A stretch of DNA of 63,981 nucleotides, the filler included. It is 14 parts of 14 records of this genome, joined end to end, with 100 filler letters (N's around TTAATTAATTAA, not from the genome) between each part and the next. Parts side by side here need not be neighbours in the genome. Positions count along the whole stretch, not along the records: positions 32,516 to 36,764 come from SRR15195285_1169; positions 36,865 to 41,895 come from SRR15195285_1172; positions 41,996 to 46,529 come from SRR15195285_1173; positions 46,630 to 50,750 come from SRR15195285_1175; 10 more parts are not named here. The stretch is one strand, 5' to 3'. The stretch's first letter is position 1. Each line of letters begins with the position of its first letter. The position numbers were made by a program, and so were the translations under genes. Shown here piece after piece: positions 35,419-46,985 of this stretch. The notes under the pieces were generated by a model that searched no databases, was not told the DNA's origin, and saw nothing but the letters and a program-made list of their open reading frames with translations.

Positions 35419-36764
35419 TCACTCGCCTTTAACGAAGATCCTCGAGTCCATTGGGCCGATTACTACGTTTTCTCCAAGTGGCGCATCATCACCGTTGTAC
35501 AGGGAGGTACTTTCGACCAGCAGTGCGTCGACCGCGACATATCCACCTCGAAATGCATCCCACATAATAGAGAATTCATAGGTCACATTGAACGTTAGTG
35601 CGACTCCAGCGAGAGCACGCTGCCACCTGCCATCGTGGGCTCCTTGGTACATTTGATTGACAACGCCGCTTGCAATGCAAGGTCCAGTGCACGGCTGCTG
35701 CTGGTGTGTCCGGCCGTCCGAACTGCCGCCATCTTGGTCAGAGTGTGTCGGACTGAGAACTTCACGAACGCACACTCGCGCAGCATCTGTGAGGGGGTAC
35801 AGGTGTGGATTGACGTCAGTCATAGCAAAATTGAATGTGTCTGTGGCTGGCGACACGAACTGAAATGCCGCCTCCATCTTGGGTGGTACCCCCTGTGGCA
35901 GTGGGCCTGGGTCGATGAACGAGATGACAAAACTATCACCGACCTGCGTCATCACAAAATAATTATGCAAGATGGCAGCCAGTGGACATTAGCCAGTAAA
36001 AGATTAGAGCTACAGGTGCAAAATAATGGTCACCTGATGGCTTTGCTCTGCGTCTGTGACAGTTGTCCAGTTGCCAGCCAGAATTCGAAACCCGGCACGG
36101 CGAGAGTTATCTGCCCACCAGTCTAAAGGTCGCCCTGCTGCCTTCGGGCAGCACGCCGGTGCCGCGGCAGAGCACACACACTCAGGCGTCCAGTGGTCGA
36201 AAGGTTCTTCGAGCTGGGTGGATAGTGCTCCTGGAGGCACATTGTTGTCAATGACAAACTGCCAAGCCGGCGCCTCGCGCTGGTCCACAATTCTGCCCCG
36301 TCGTGTGGATAGAGGCAGGTGGCGGAGCCCGGTCGGCATGGAAGACAGTGTGAAGTTGGCCGCAGCGATGCTGCTCACCACGACAAACCCATGCTCAAAC
36401 TCACGCGTCCAGACCTCTTCCTCGGCCGCAGCAAAGACGCGCACGGGATCTGCGAGGGCAGCTCCTAGCTCCGCTTCGTACTCGGTGTAGTGGCTGGGGA
36501 CGCCGTACCAGCCCCCACCGATGTCGTTCGCAAAGTAGCTATCTGTCATGAGCGCAACACCGAGTCCGAACCGCATTCGCCGGAAGTCAGTCATGGCTCT
36601 CATCATTTCGCCACCTGTGACCGAACAAACACGTGGCGAAAATAATGATGAGGGTACATGTAATGATGTGTTTGTGCGTGTGGCTAGAATAAACATATGA
36701 AAGGGTCATGACTGACGTGTGACCAGATTTTGCCACCGACCTACCCGCCATCCACCAGAGATGG
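35419..36764 (-). CDS. Putative glycoside hydrolase (GHL15-like C-terminus) plus Golvesin/CBM-like domain; 5' truncated
   Basis: RRMRFGLGVALMTDSYF..D.G...Y.EYEAELG.AL...VWTREFEHGFVVV, followed by a FVIDN...NWT...GYVAVDALL beta-sandwich-type motif. Confidence 0.6.
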
Positions 36765-37197
36765 NNNNNNNNNNNNNNNNNNNNNNNNNNNNNNNNNNNN
36801 NNNNNNNNTTAATTAATTAANNNNNNNNNNNNNNNNNNNNNNNNNNNNNNNNNNNNNNNNNNNNGCAACTATGAAGAGAACTTCCTGCCTCTGCAATACA
36901 GCACCCAAATACGAGTTCACCCCACCCGGGACGGCACCAGAATTCAATTGAACGGTCGAAAATCGCCGCCATTCAATAATCCATTTGTTTCCGTTGGTTT
37001 TCCGTCAACGCCGTCTGTGGTGATAGCCACCCTGCTGCTGCTGCCGCTGCCGCTGCTACCGCTGCCGCTGCCGCTGCTACCGCTGCTGTCGCTCCCACCG
37101 CTGCCGCTGTTGCCGTCTGGGCCCCGCGCGCGCCCCACTCCCGATCAACACCCAGCGCGGTACAGCACAGCGGGACTCCGTCACTGGAGGCGCCGTG

Positions 37198-40100
37198 ATG
37201 GCGCCGCCCGTTGTCGCTGAGACGGATCGTGATGAGTACGTGGGGGAGTTCAGCGGAGACAAGCGCCAGGGCGAGGGACGCTGCCGATTTGCGAACGGCG
37301 ACGTCTACGAGGGCAGCTGGTACGCGGACGTGCGCGAGGGCCAGGGCAAGCTCGCGTATGCCAATGGCGATAAGTACGACGGCGGCTGGCACGAGGACAT
37401 GCGCACAGGTCAAGGCCGGCAGGACTACGCCACTGGCAGCTGGTATATGGGTTCGTGGCTCCACGATGTCGAGAACGGCCAAGGCCGCGGCTTTCTGCAG
37501 GTGCCGCAGCGCGGGATATACGAGGGTGAGTTTAAGGACGGTTTCCCGCACGGTGTCGGAAAATTCGCCTACGACAACGGTGACGTGTATGAGGGCGGCT
37601 TTGAGTGCGGCGTGCGCTGTGGCATTGGCCGTTGCGTCACTGCCGTCGGTGCAGTTTTCGAAGGCGCCTGGCGCGACGACGTGCGCGAAGGCGAAGGCAC
37701 AGAGATGTGGCCGAACGGCGACTACTACAACGGTGCGTGGAGCAATGGAGGTCGCATCGGCGTAGGAGAGATGCGGTACGGCACCGGCGACACCTTCGTC
37801 GGTGAATGGGAGGAGAACCACCGCAAGAACGGCTGCCTGACGTATGCTAACGGCGACCAGTACACTGGCGAGTTCATCGACGATATGCGCATCGGTATCG
37901 GCATCTGCCGCTTCGCCAACAACGACGAGTATGAAGGCGAGTGGTTCAACGACTTGCAAGACGGAGAAGGAATCTGCACCTATGCAGACGGTGCGGTGTA
38001 CACAGGAGCATGGAGCAAAGGCATGCGCGAGGGCGAGGGCGAGCTCCTGCTAGGCGACTACGACGAGGAATACCTGGCGCGCTCGATCTACCGCGGTGGG
38101 TGGAAGAAGAACAAGTATTCTGGCCTGGGATCTCTCACTGCCGCAAATGGTGATCGCTACGATGGTGTCTGGGTAAACGGTCAACGCCAGGGCCGTGGCA
38201 CCCAGAGGTACGTCAAGGCAGGCGAGCGATACCAAGGCATCTGGATGCGCGACATGCGCCATGGGCGGGGCAAGCATTACTACAACGACGGAACACTGTA
38301 CGACGGGCAATGGCGCAACGACATGCGCGACGGCAAAGGCATGTGTAAGTATGTGGATCCTGACCGCATTGGCGTGATGGGTACTTACACAGGGATGTGG
38401 AGCCGCAATCTGAAACACGGGAAGGGCGAGTTTGCTTTCGACAACGGTGATCACTACGTCGGAATGTGGAAAAGCGATGTGCGATGCGGCCGTGGCAAGT
38501 GCAAATACCACACTGGCGAACATTACGATGGCGAGTGGGTGGACGATGTTCGCAAGGGGAGTGGCAACGAGACCCTGCCGCGCAAGAAGCAAGGCGACGA
38601 CTGGGGGATGAAGTCCTTCGACGGAACGCTGACGATGTCGCTACGCATTCTGCCGGAGATTCAGCGGCCACGGGCTCCAGCTGGCAACACAACTAGCGTG
38701 AAGCCGCAGGATAAGATCGAACCAAACGTGATGGCGCAAGCGGACTCAGAACTTCCGAAGCTCAGTGGGATGATAGTCGACCCGAAGGGCGTAGGGGTGG
38801 GAGGAGTCAGCATGAAGGTCCAACCGACCCTGCACAGCATCGACCGAGACATCGTCGTTGCGGATGACGGCAGCTTTCGGCTGGCTGGCCTCCCAGAGGG
38901 TGGCATCAAGGTTGCCCTCACGCTCGAGAAGGCCGGCTACGCTAGTCTGCAGACTTCCCTGAACTTGATGAGCAAGCGCAAGTTCGAGAACAGCATGACG
39001 CTACTGCTCGCACCACTCACGATGGTCCAGGTTTTCGACTCAACCGCCGGGATCGAGCTCAGTGACGCCCGTAAGAACAGCGTGAAAGTTCCTGCAGATG
39101 CTCTGTGCTACACTGACGGCACACAATACGAAGGCAAATGTGAAATCTCAGCTCTGGCGATTGATGCTTCGGCAGCCCACTCGTTCTCTCGGGTTCCGAG
39201 CTTCGAAGGGGTCAACCTCGACTCTCGACGCTGCCTGGTGAGCTCGTTCGGGGCAATGTATGTACACTTGCGCGCTGTACCAGGAGGCGAGGAGATTGAG
39301 ATTCGTGGCGGACAGACCATGACACTAAGCTTCACATCCAAGGTTCCTAGGGCTCCCACGACACCACCCTCTGCGTGGCGTTTGAACAAGCAAGGTGGCT
39401 ACTGGTCGCAGACGGACTCGAGCGTGTTGGCCGATGATGATGTGCTTGCAGCACCGAAGCACGGACTCGGATTCGAAACTGCAGCAGCATATGATGAAGG
39501 GCCCACGAACAGATCTGCAGTGAAGAACTGGAAAAGCGACGTGTCTGAGGTGCTCGGCGGTGGTCCGATGGTAATCACGACGACAGTGGAAGTTCCGGTA
39601 CCAGCTGGCGAGGCTAACGACACAGAACCTGTGCCTGAGGGCGAGGAGGCAGAAGTCGCTGCGCCTCCAACAGAAAAGAAAGAGACAAAGGTAATCTGGC
39701 AAGACGCACGCTTTGAAGGTCCTGGCGAAGTGGGACAGAAAGAGTATTTGTACAAGGTGGAGGAGGCTGCTCTAAAGACTGCGGAAGGTGATGTGGCTAG
39801 TGCTGTAGCAAGCCTCACCAAGCCGGGCAAAAGCACCCGGCCATCGGAAGTGCGAATGGTGCAGCACCTAGTGCTGCAGGAAGAAGGCTGTGGTCAGGCA
39901 CGACTTACGACTCCGGAACTTGTTGAGGCCATTGAGGAGCATGATGACGCCGCTGATGCTGCCAAGCGCCTGTGCGAGAATCCGATCGTGCTCAATCGAA
40001 GTCGCGAAGAGGAGCTCAAGGAGATTATTTCCCAGGCTGTGCCGTTTGCACCTGTGTCAGGCACTCAAGTGAAACTTGCGCTCAATGCCGCGAAAGACGA

Positions 40101-41895
40101 TCTCGCTGATGCAGCCACCGCAATTGTTGAGGAGACAGCTGAGCAGGAGTCCGCGTACAAGGAGCTCCAGATGATGCTTTCTGTCCTTGGTGTGTGGAAG
40201 TCGAATGTCCAAATAGCTGCTGCGCTTGATGAAAACGGCTTCGACGTGTTTGAGGCAGCCGCTGCCCTGACAGGCATCGAAGGTCCGTCAGCAACAACCT
40301 GGGGCAAAGGACAAAGCCTTCTTGTCGAGACCTTCAAGCGAGAGCAACTCAAGTCCATGCTCGGCGACATGTTGAAGTTTGTTGATGTAGACGAGCGAGC
40401 TGTCGAGGCCGCTCTAAACCTGACCGACGGGGACGTTGAGCAGGCAGTTGACGGCCTCGTGCGTGAGTGGCGCGGTCAGCAACTAATCTTGGAGCTGCAA
40501 GCTCAGTTGAAGAAAGCGGAAGCTACCGCGTGGGTGGATATTCCTGCAGCACAAGTGAAGGCAGCATTGATGGAAAACGGTAGCCGCGACGCTGGATTGA
40601 AGTTCCTGACTGATTTGTGGGTCCCGCGGCGCCAGCTGTACGACGATGTGTTCTTCGCACTGGAAGCTACGGGGACATTCGCATCTGATGCGGAGATATG
40701 TACTGCCATGGAAGAAGCGGAGTTTGATACTGCACAGACCTTGAGCATCCTGAAGCTGCCTCAAAGTGCTTTAGAGTCTGGCAAACTTCTCAGGATAATG
40801 GAGGGTCTTATGGGACGCTACGACTTCCTTCCAGTTGCAGAGGACACGATGAAAGAGAAGATAGCGGCTGCAGAAGACGACGTCGCGGCAGCATTGGAAG
40901 CTCTCTTTGAGGAGCTGGGCGAGCAAAGTGTAGAAGATGATCAAACATGGTGGATGGCAAGCTATCGTTCAAAACGGCGCTCTTCTGGACAGGGCAGCGG
41001 GCCGACGGCGTGGACTAGCACGATGCGCGTCTCGCATACTGGCTGGTGGAATTGTGCTGCTCCAGTCCCGGCGGGTTTGATCACAGGCAAGTTGATGGAC
41101 TCAAAGATACCACGTGCAGGCTCATACATCGTGCCGACTGGTGAAAGCTACGCAGGGTGGTCACCAGTTGGACGGGTGGCTGAGGATGGCACGTTTGCTG
41201 TTGTGGCACCATGGGAGTCGTCGATCAAACTGAGAGTGCGCGACACTGAGGCAAATTTGGACGGTATCTCACCCACATTCCTCACAAATTTTCACGAAGG
41301 CGTGACAGACCTTGGCAACATTGAACTCACTACGATTGCTCGTCCTGAAGTTGCTGCTGCACCTCGGTTTGGGGGCAGACGGAAGATTAAAGACGATGTT
41401 CGACAGGCCAGGGAGGCCGAAGCTGCCAAGACGAAACAGCTGACCCAGACTGTGCGTAAGGCTCTCGCTTCTGTGGGTAAATGGGAATCAGACACTGTCA
41501 TCGCAGATGAGCTCGGAAAACGAGGTTTCAATGTCGAGCGCGTGGCGATCGCACTTACACATGATCAGGATATCCTTGGCAAGCAGCTTCTTAGCGAGAT
41601 ACGCACAGAGATCGTCGATGAGTTTGGAACGGTGCCGCTGACGGACGGCGGAATTCAGTCTGCGCTCGATGGGTGCAATGGGTCGAAAGAGGAGGCAGTC
41701 GCAGCGCTTCGCAACGGAGTTGTCCGTGCTGCAGAGGAACAACTGCGACGCACGCGGACGGTACAGCTGCGCGACCAGGTTGCAGCGGCTTGGAATCTAG
41801 TCAGTGATGTCTTGCGGGATGGCAATGAGAAGCTGTTTGCGAAAGAACTGACGCTTGAAGCTGCAGCAGAGGCAGGAAGTTCTCTTCATAGTTGC
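37198..41895 (+). CDS. Giant multidomain protein: 19 MORN repeats, carboxypeptidase-regulatory-like domain, FAM171/CILP-like domain and ~10 UBA-like repeats; intronless, 3' truncated
   Basis: 19 Y/F-x-G-x-W/F...GxG units (~37230-38570). LSGMIVD..GVGVGGVSM...DDGSFRL. SFGAMYVHL...PPSAWRL...GYW, resumed later by VSHTGWWNC. Repeated I/V..AL...GDV..A...L helical units. Confidence 0.85.
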
Positions 41896-42149
41896 NNNNN
41901 NNNNNNNNNNNNNNNNNNNNNNNNNNNNNNNNNNNNNNNTTAATTAATTAANNNNNNNNNNNNNNNNNNNNNNNNNNNNNNNNNNNNNNNNNNNNCTGCT
42001 GCTGCTGCTGCTGCTCCTGCTGCTGAGACTCCAGGTCAATTGCAAGGCGGTGGAGACAGCTCCAGGTCAAGTGCATCAAACGGGCGTCAGGGCCACCGGA
42101 TCTGGGCGCAGGATGAGCCATGGAGCTCAGCGTGCTTTTTGACCCGTGA

Positions 42150-43223
42150 TCACTCTATGTCATCTTCACCGTCACTTGTGATAAAGCCTCCATCATCGCT
42201 GTAGTGCGCAGCCCACCAGCCCTCGAATTCTGCGAGGTCAACGACGCCGTCGCCGTCCACGTCCATCTGTGCGAACATATCCTGCGCAGAGGTTCGACTA
42301 AGGACCACACCCAGTGCAGCTACTAACCGCTCAACTTTACTCAGATCCAGTGTTCCTGAGCCATCGGTATCGAGCCGCCTAAACACTTCCGCCACGCTTG
42401 GTTCACTCTTGCCCCAGCCTGTGACAACGCAGAATGTGCCGGTGAGGGTGGCTTTAGGAACTCAGCGCGGCAGCTACGGCGCAGAAAGGAAACAGCAAAC
42501 AAACACACCCGCCGCTTCAGCTTTGAAGCGCTCAAGCGCAGCGGCTCGGCGATTAATCTCCTGGTTTGGTGCAACCTCCTCATCCCACCATACCATGAAC
42601 TCTGCTCGGCTGACTGACCCGTCGCAGTCAACATCTAGTTCGTCAAACAGATCGTCAACGCCGTCTTCGTCCAACAGGTTTCCCAAGGTGGCGCAGACCA
42701 TGGACAGCTGCTGCTTTCCCAACTCTTGCCTGCCCTCGGCAAACTCGTCAAATACCTCGACAGTTGTGGCATTGTCGGCGCGCCCGGACATGTTGGCCTT
42801 CAGCGCACACTGCATTGCCTCCTTTGTGACACCTGCTCCGCAGTAGACCCCAGCGCGCTCCAGCGAGCACGCGAGCTGTGCCACCGACAGTCCATCCACC
42901 TCGGCGACCCGAGTTAGGAACGCACACTCATCCGAGTACGAGTTCGCGCCAGGCACTGCCTCCACAAGCGCATGCACGTCGGCCACCTCACCATCCTGCT
43001 CGCTGCTACCAGCGAGCACCGGCGGCGCCGGCGCAGGCCGCGCTGGCCTCTGCGGCGGCCGCCGCTTCGGCACCGCCGGCCGACCTCGCCTCACTGGGAA
43101 CCCTCCCCCAGCAGCTGCAGCAGCAGGGGCGGCGGCGGCGGCGGCGCCGAGCGGTGGGGAGGGTGCTGGACGATCTGGGCGGCGAGGTGGCGCGCGGGTT
43201 GGGCGCAATGGAGGCGGGTCCAT
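42150..43223 (-). CDS. Calmodulin-like EF-hand protein with Pro/Arg-rich N-terminus; 2 exons
   Basis: EF loops DVDCDGSVSRAEF, DTDGSGTLDLSKV and DVDGDGVVDLAEF in ORFs 42474 and 42150. Confidence 0.85.
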
Positions 43224-44030
43224 CGCAGTGCTTCACCAGTGTCACTACCACTACCAGCCTGTTCCGCTTTCTACTATGAATAGTACGTCTGCGGCTTCCG
43301 CCTGTCGGCCTCGCCAGACGTTGGCGCACACGAGCGTGTATCGTACCGCGCGCGATGCAGCGCCTCGTGCACGCACGCGCCGGCGGCACGCGCGCCGCCC
43401 GCGCCGGGCGGCCGGCGGCGCATATATATAAGACATATCGCTATACCGCCATCATATATATATATGCACGCACGCACTAATTTGTGCCAGCTGATGGATG
43501 ATGCACATCTGCCGCGCGCGCGACGACGACGGCGCCGGAGTCGTCACCGAGCAGTGCCCAGTTTGCGCGTGACAGTAGTCTACTGGGACATGTACATTGG
43601 GAGAACGCCGAGATGCCAATGGCGACCACCGTCGTAGCGCCAAGTGCGTAAGGAACTGCAGGACATGACGCACGCAGCTGACGTGCCCCCAACAGGACGC
43701 TGCTGGCTTGCCAGCATGATAGCACAAACAGACCCAAACGTCCCGGCCGGCAGGTTGCACAAGGAAGCCGCAGCAGCATGGGGCCCATGCCAGCTGACAG
43801 CCATCCCACGATCACCGCAAGAGCATGCGAGAATAGCAGCGCACGTTGGCGCACGGTCGGCAAGGGTAATGCTGATCCCGGGAGAACCAGTATGGGGGTT
43901 GAGACTATCCGCGAAGCAGCCAAAGACGAGGTGTGACGACTCCCAGTACGCGCTAGTGTGGCAGGTGTCAAGGAACCACAGCGGCCCTGCAACTACGATA
44001 AGTTCCCCACGCATCTCGATCAGTGTTATT

Positions 44031-45632
44031 TTAACAAGCCAACACACCAAACTCATACGATAGAGTCGCATCCTCTGGTACGCGCGAATCGCAGTAAGCA
44101 CGTATCTCCGTGGAAGAGCAGTTGGCGTGTTTCATCGCTTGCTGGTGAGTGCCTATGCAAACGAGACAATCCCCCACCGAAGCTCGCCTGGCGCCTACAC
44201 ACGCGTGATCGAGCTCTGCTTGACACTTGAGATTTGCTGCACCTCCGGTCGACACCACGATACTCACGCGGTATCGTGCCCCGGGCTGCACTCGCCACGT
44301 GGGACCCGTACCATCCTCTACTGTGGGACCGAACACGAGGGTGTTTCCGGCTCCGACTCCCGACACCGCAACCTTTGGAGCAAATTGTGGCTTGCGCTGC
44401 GCTCCAGGTGAGACCCAGCGCCCAGTTTGGGCGTCTTGTACCTCGATCGTCGCCGACGCGGCAGAGAGATCTGCGTGCAGAGTTTGAAAGTGCCAACCCA
44501 TATAATCGTTGTTGCGCGCCCAGCAGCTATCATCTGGCTCGGTGCAGTTTTCCGGTGTCCCATAAGGGTACCTGTTGATGCGAGGCAACAGCGGTTGAGC
44601 GCCATGGATGTGAGACACTACTCTGTCATCTGGCACTGAATCATACGGTACAGCAAATCAGACTGTAGTGCCCGAAACCCGGTAGTAATGGGCTGGAAGC
44701 GTAAGGCGCACATTGCTTCGAACGGAATGAATCCAGGTCCCGGAAACGCCACCCAGTCCCGCTCCTCAATCGGTACAGTTGGCGCAACCATGCCGAGGCA
44801 AGAGTATGACTTGTTAGTCCGCGGCGCGTCGTTGACGCTGCCAACGCCCACTGGCCCAAGGTGCTCGGCGAACATGAGGCGGCGGTGACCTAGTGGAGTA
44901 GAAGAAATGCTCCCGTAGTCCACGATGTAGGCGTCCATAGCAACGACGCCGTGGTACGCGGCGATCCCACCCAAGAAGGTAGACTCGTCGTTGGCAAACG
45001 TGTAGCAGAAGCATTTGTAGTTCGGATTGGCGGGGGCTACTTTGCCACACTCCGGTTGGTAGGTGCCAATTCTACCCATGAGATAGCAGTAATCATCGTG
45101 ACCAAAGTGAATCGCCGAGTTGTGCCCGAGCATGTACGAGCAAGCCTGCGCCGCTTCGTCTCGGGACTTTCCCGCCCACGATGACTTGAACTGCGGGTAT
45201 CCTGGATTCGCCATACCATCGGGAAACACCCCGCCATGTGCGATCGGATTGTCGTAGCCTACCAGCCATCGGTAGAGGTTGAGCTGCGCAATAATACGGA
45301 CCTTATCGGGCTCCTGGACTGCCCCAGCGTCGGAGGTGTTGACCTGCCCTCTGGCGCAGTCGAAGCTCCCCGCCCTGCCACCCAGTCAGACATGATTCAA
45401 GTCCCTACGTCAACAACCTATCAAACTCTGCATTGGTGTGGCGACTGGCACGAACTGCTAATCTCTGAACTGACCATGCTGGCGACGATCGGTCAGCACG
45501 GTCAGACCTCCATCGGGAACAGACTGCCTGCGGGTCCGAGCGGCCAGATGGGGGTGGGGCTGGCGACAGCATCGAGGCACCAGCTAGATGTAGTAGAGTG
45601 CTGCTGGTTAACGCCCATACCACCATCGGCAT
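44031..45632 (-). CDS. Secreted CAP/SCP-domain protein of bacterial type with inserted Cys-rich module; 3 exons
   Basis: Signal peptide MPMVVWALTSSTLLHLAGA. Motifs VCSRWRSDRAD, LNLYRWL.G, AAQACSYM, MDAYIVDYG...LGHRRLM, WVAFPGPGFIPFEA, GWHFQ, PGARYRVSI, LSYEF...C. Confidence 0.75.
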
Positions 45633-45894
45633 GATCGATATCACTGTGCTCGCTTCCTCTCCGTAGTAGCGCGTGCGCTCGCGGGCGGCGGCGCGCGGCG
45701 GCGGCGGCGGCGGCGGGCGTCGTCGTCGCCGGTCATGCAGCGCGAGCCATCTTCTTACTAGTATTCGCCGCCGCGCGCGGTAGCGCGTCGCGCGCGTCGC
45801 GTCGCGCGTCGGTAGATAGTGTACTTTACAACTTACAGATATGAGATACCGCGGTACAGTACGTTCGATTCATGATGAACAGTGTTTACTGGAG

Positions 45895-46275
45895 CAGTGC
45901 CCAGATTGTTCGTGAGATCTAGCTCCCTGCATATTGTCGAATTTGATAAATGCCAGTCTGGGATCCGGAATTCCGTCCAAGAAACTGGTTCAAATTCAAT
46001 GCGCACTAGGCTCAGAATATCTGATACAGTATTGCAAAGTCAAAACAACACAGTTCATCAGTACGACTTAGTTTCTATTTTGCATTTGCCTGAAGTTCGT
46101 CTTCTGAATTTGCTGTCCCAACGCCAACTCTTCGATGAGTTCGCATTCTGAAAAAACAACGCGGAAACTGGTAGCTAGAAAATCCAGACTATTGATAGAA
46201 TGTCGCACTATATACTGTCCGGTGCTAGCTAGGCTCAGAATATGTGATACAGTATTGACGACAATATGGGCATAT
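45895..46275. mobile_element. Degenerate MITE (~380 bp) with imperfect TIRs and internal 29-bp direct repeats
   Basis: The left end CAGTGCCCAGATTGTTCGT pairs imperfectly with the right end ACGACAATATGGGCA (46258-46272). CTAGGCTCAGAATAT(C/G)TGATACAGTATTG occurs at 46006-46034 and 46229-46257. The region is AT-rich relative to genes. Confidence 0.55.
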
Positions 46276-46500
46276 GTCGCTACTGTAGACGAATTTCGTG
46301 TAAACTCAATCGAACAATTGCGAATCCTGCTGAACTCAGAATCAGAACTCAGAATCATACAGAATTCCCGAATGATGCATCATGCAATCTCCGCTCGCCT
46401 GTGTGTGATATAGCGGATGCGGGTTGATCGCGCGATACGCGCATCGCGATCGCGCGCTCCCGCTCCGTGGCGGCGTCGCATCGAGTGGGTGCACTACCGC

Positions 46501-46529
46501 GTGGTCGCCGTGGTCGCCGTGGTCGCCGT
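46501..46529. repeat. Tandem 9-mer (GTGGTCGCC) x3+ at contig end
   Basis: Seen directly. Confidence 0.85.
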
Positions 46530-46985
46530 NNNNNNNNNNNNNNNNNNNNNNNNNNNNNNNNNNNNNNNNNNNNTTAATTAATTAANNNNNNNNNNNNNNN
46601 NNNNNNNNNNNNNNNNNNNNNNNNNNNNNGAGCTCAAGCACCGGAGTCTCTCTAAAAAGCCGCACGTCAACGAAACTCGAGAAACGCATATATCCGTCTT
46701 CCGCACCGGTCGTTGAGAAGGTGCCGACTTTCGGGCTCTCCAGCTCGAGACGGGGAAGCACCCAGCACTGCAAAGCCACACCTGTGTGCGGAGGGGAAGG
46801 GGGGGTCGTTCCCCCCTTCAACAGCGGTGTTGCCCATTACAGGATCGCTGCTACCAGCGTGGTGGCTGAAATACGTTGGGGCGCAGGTTGTGTTCAGGCG
46901 ATCTGGGGCAGGCGATCTGGGTTGCCATGTTGCCACTAGCCACTTGTAACAGAGGCCGCCACGCCTCAGCAAAACTCCAATAGCT

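Noticed and set aside
36973-37959. 328-aa antisense ORF, and similar ones at 54537-55520, 16142-17440 and 48426-49094
   Set aside because: These are shadow ORFs caused by high GC3 in real genes and carry no independent motifs.
43477-44063. Overlapping 100-170 aa ORFs on both strands between the EF-hand and CAP genes
   Set aside because: There are no recognisable motifs or consistent splice model. The region may hide a small gene or TE remnant, but neither can be supported.
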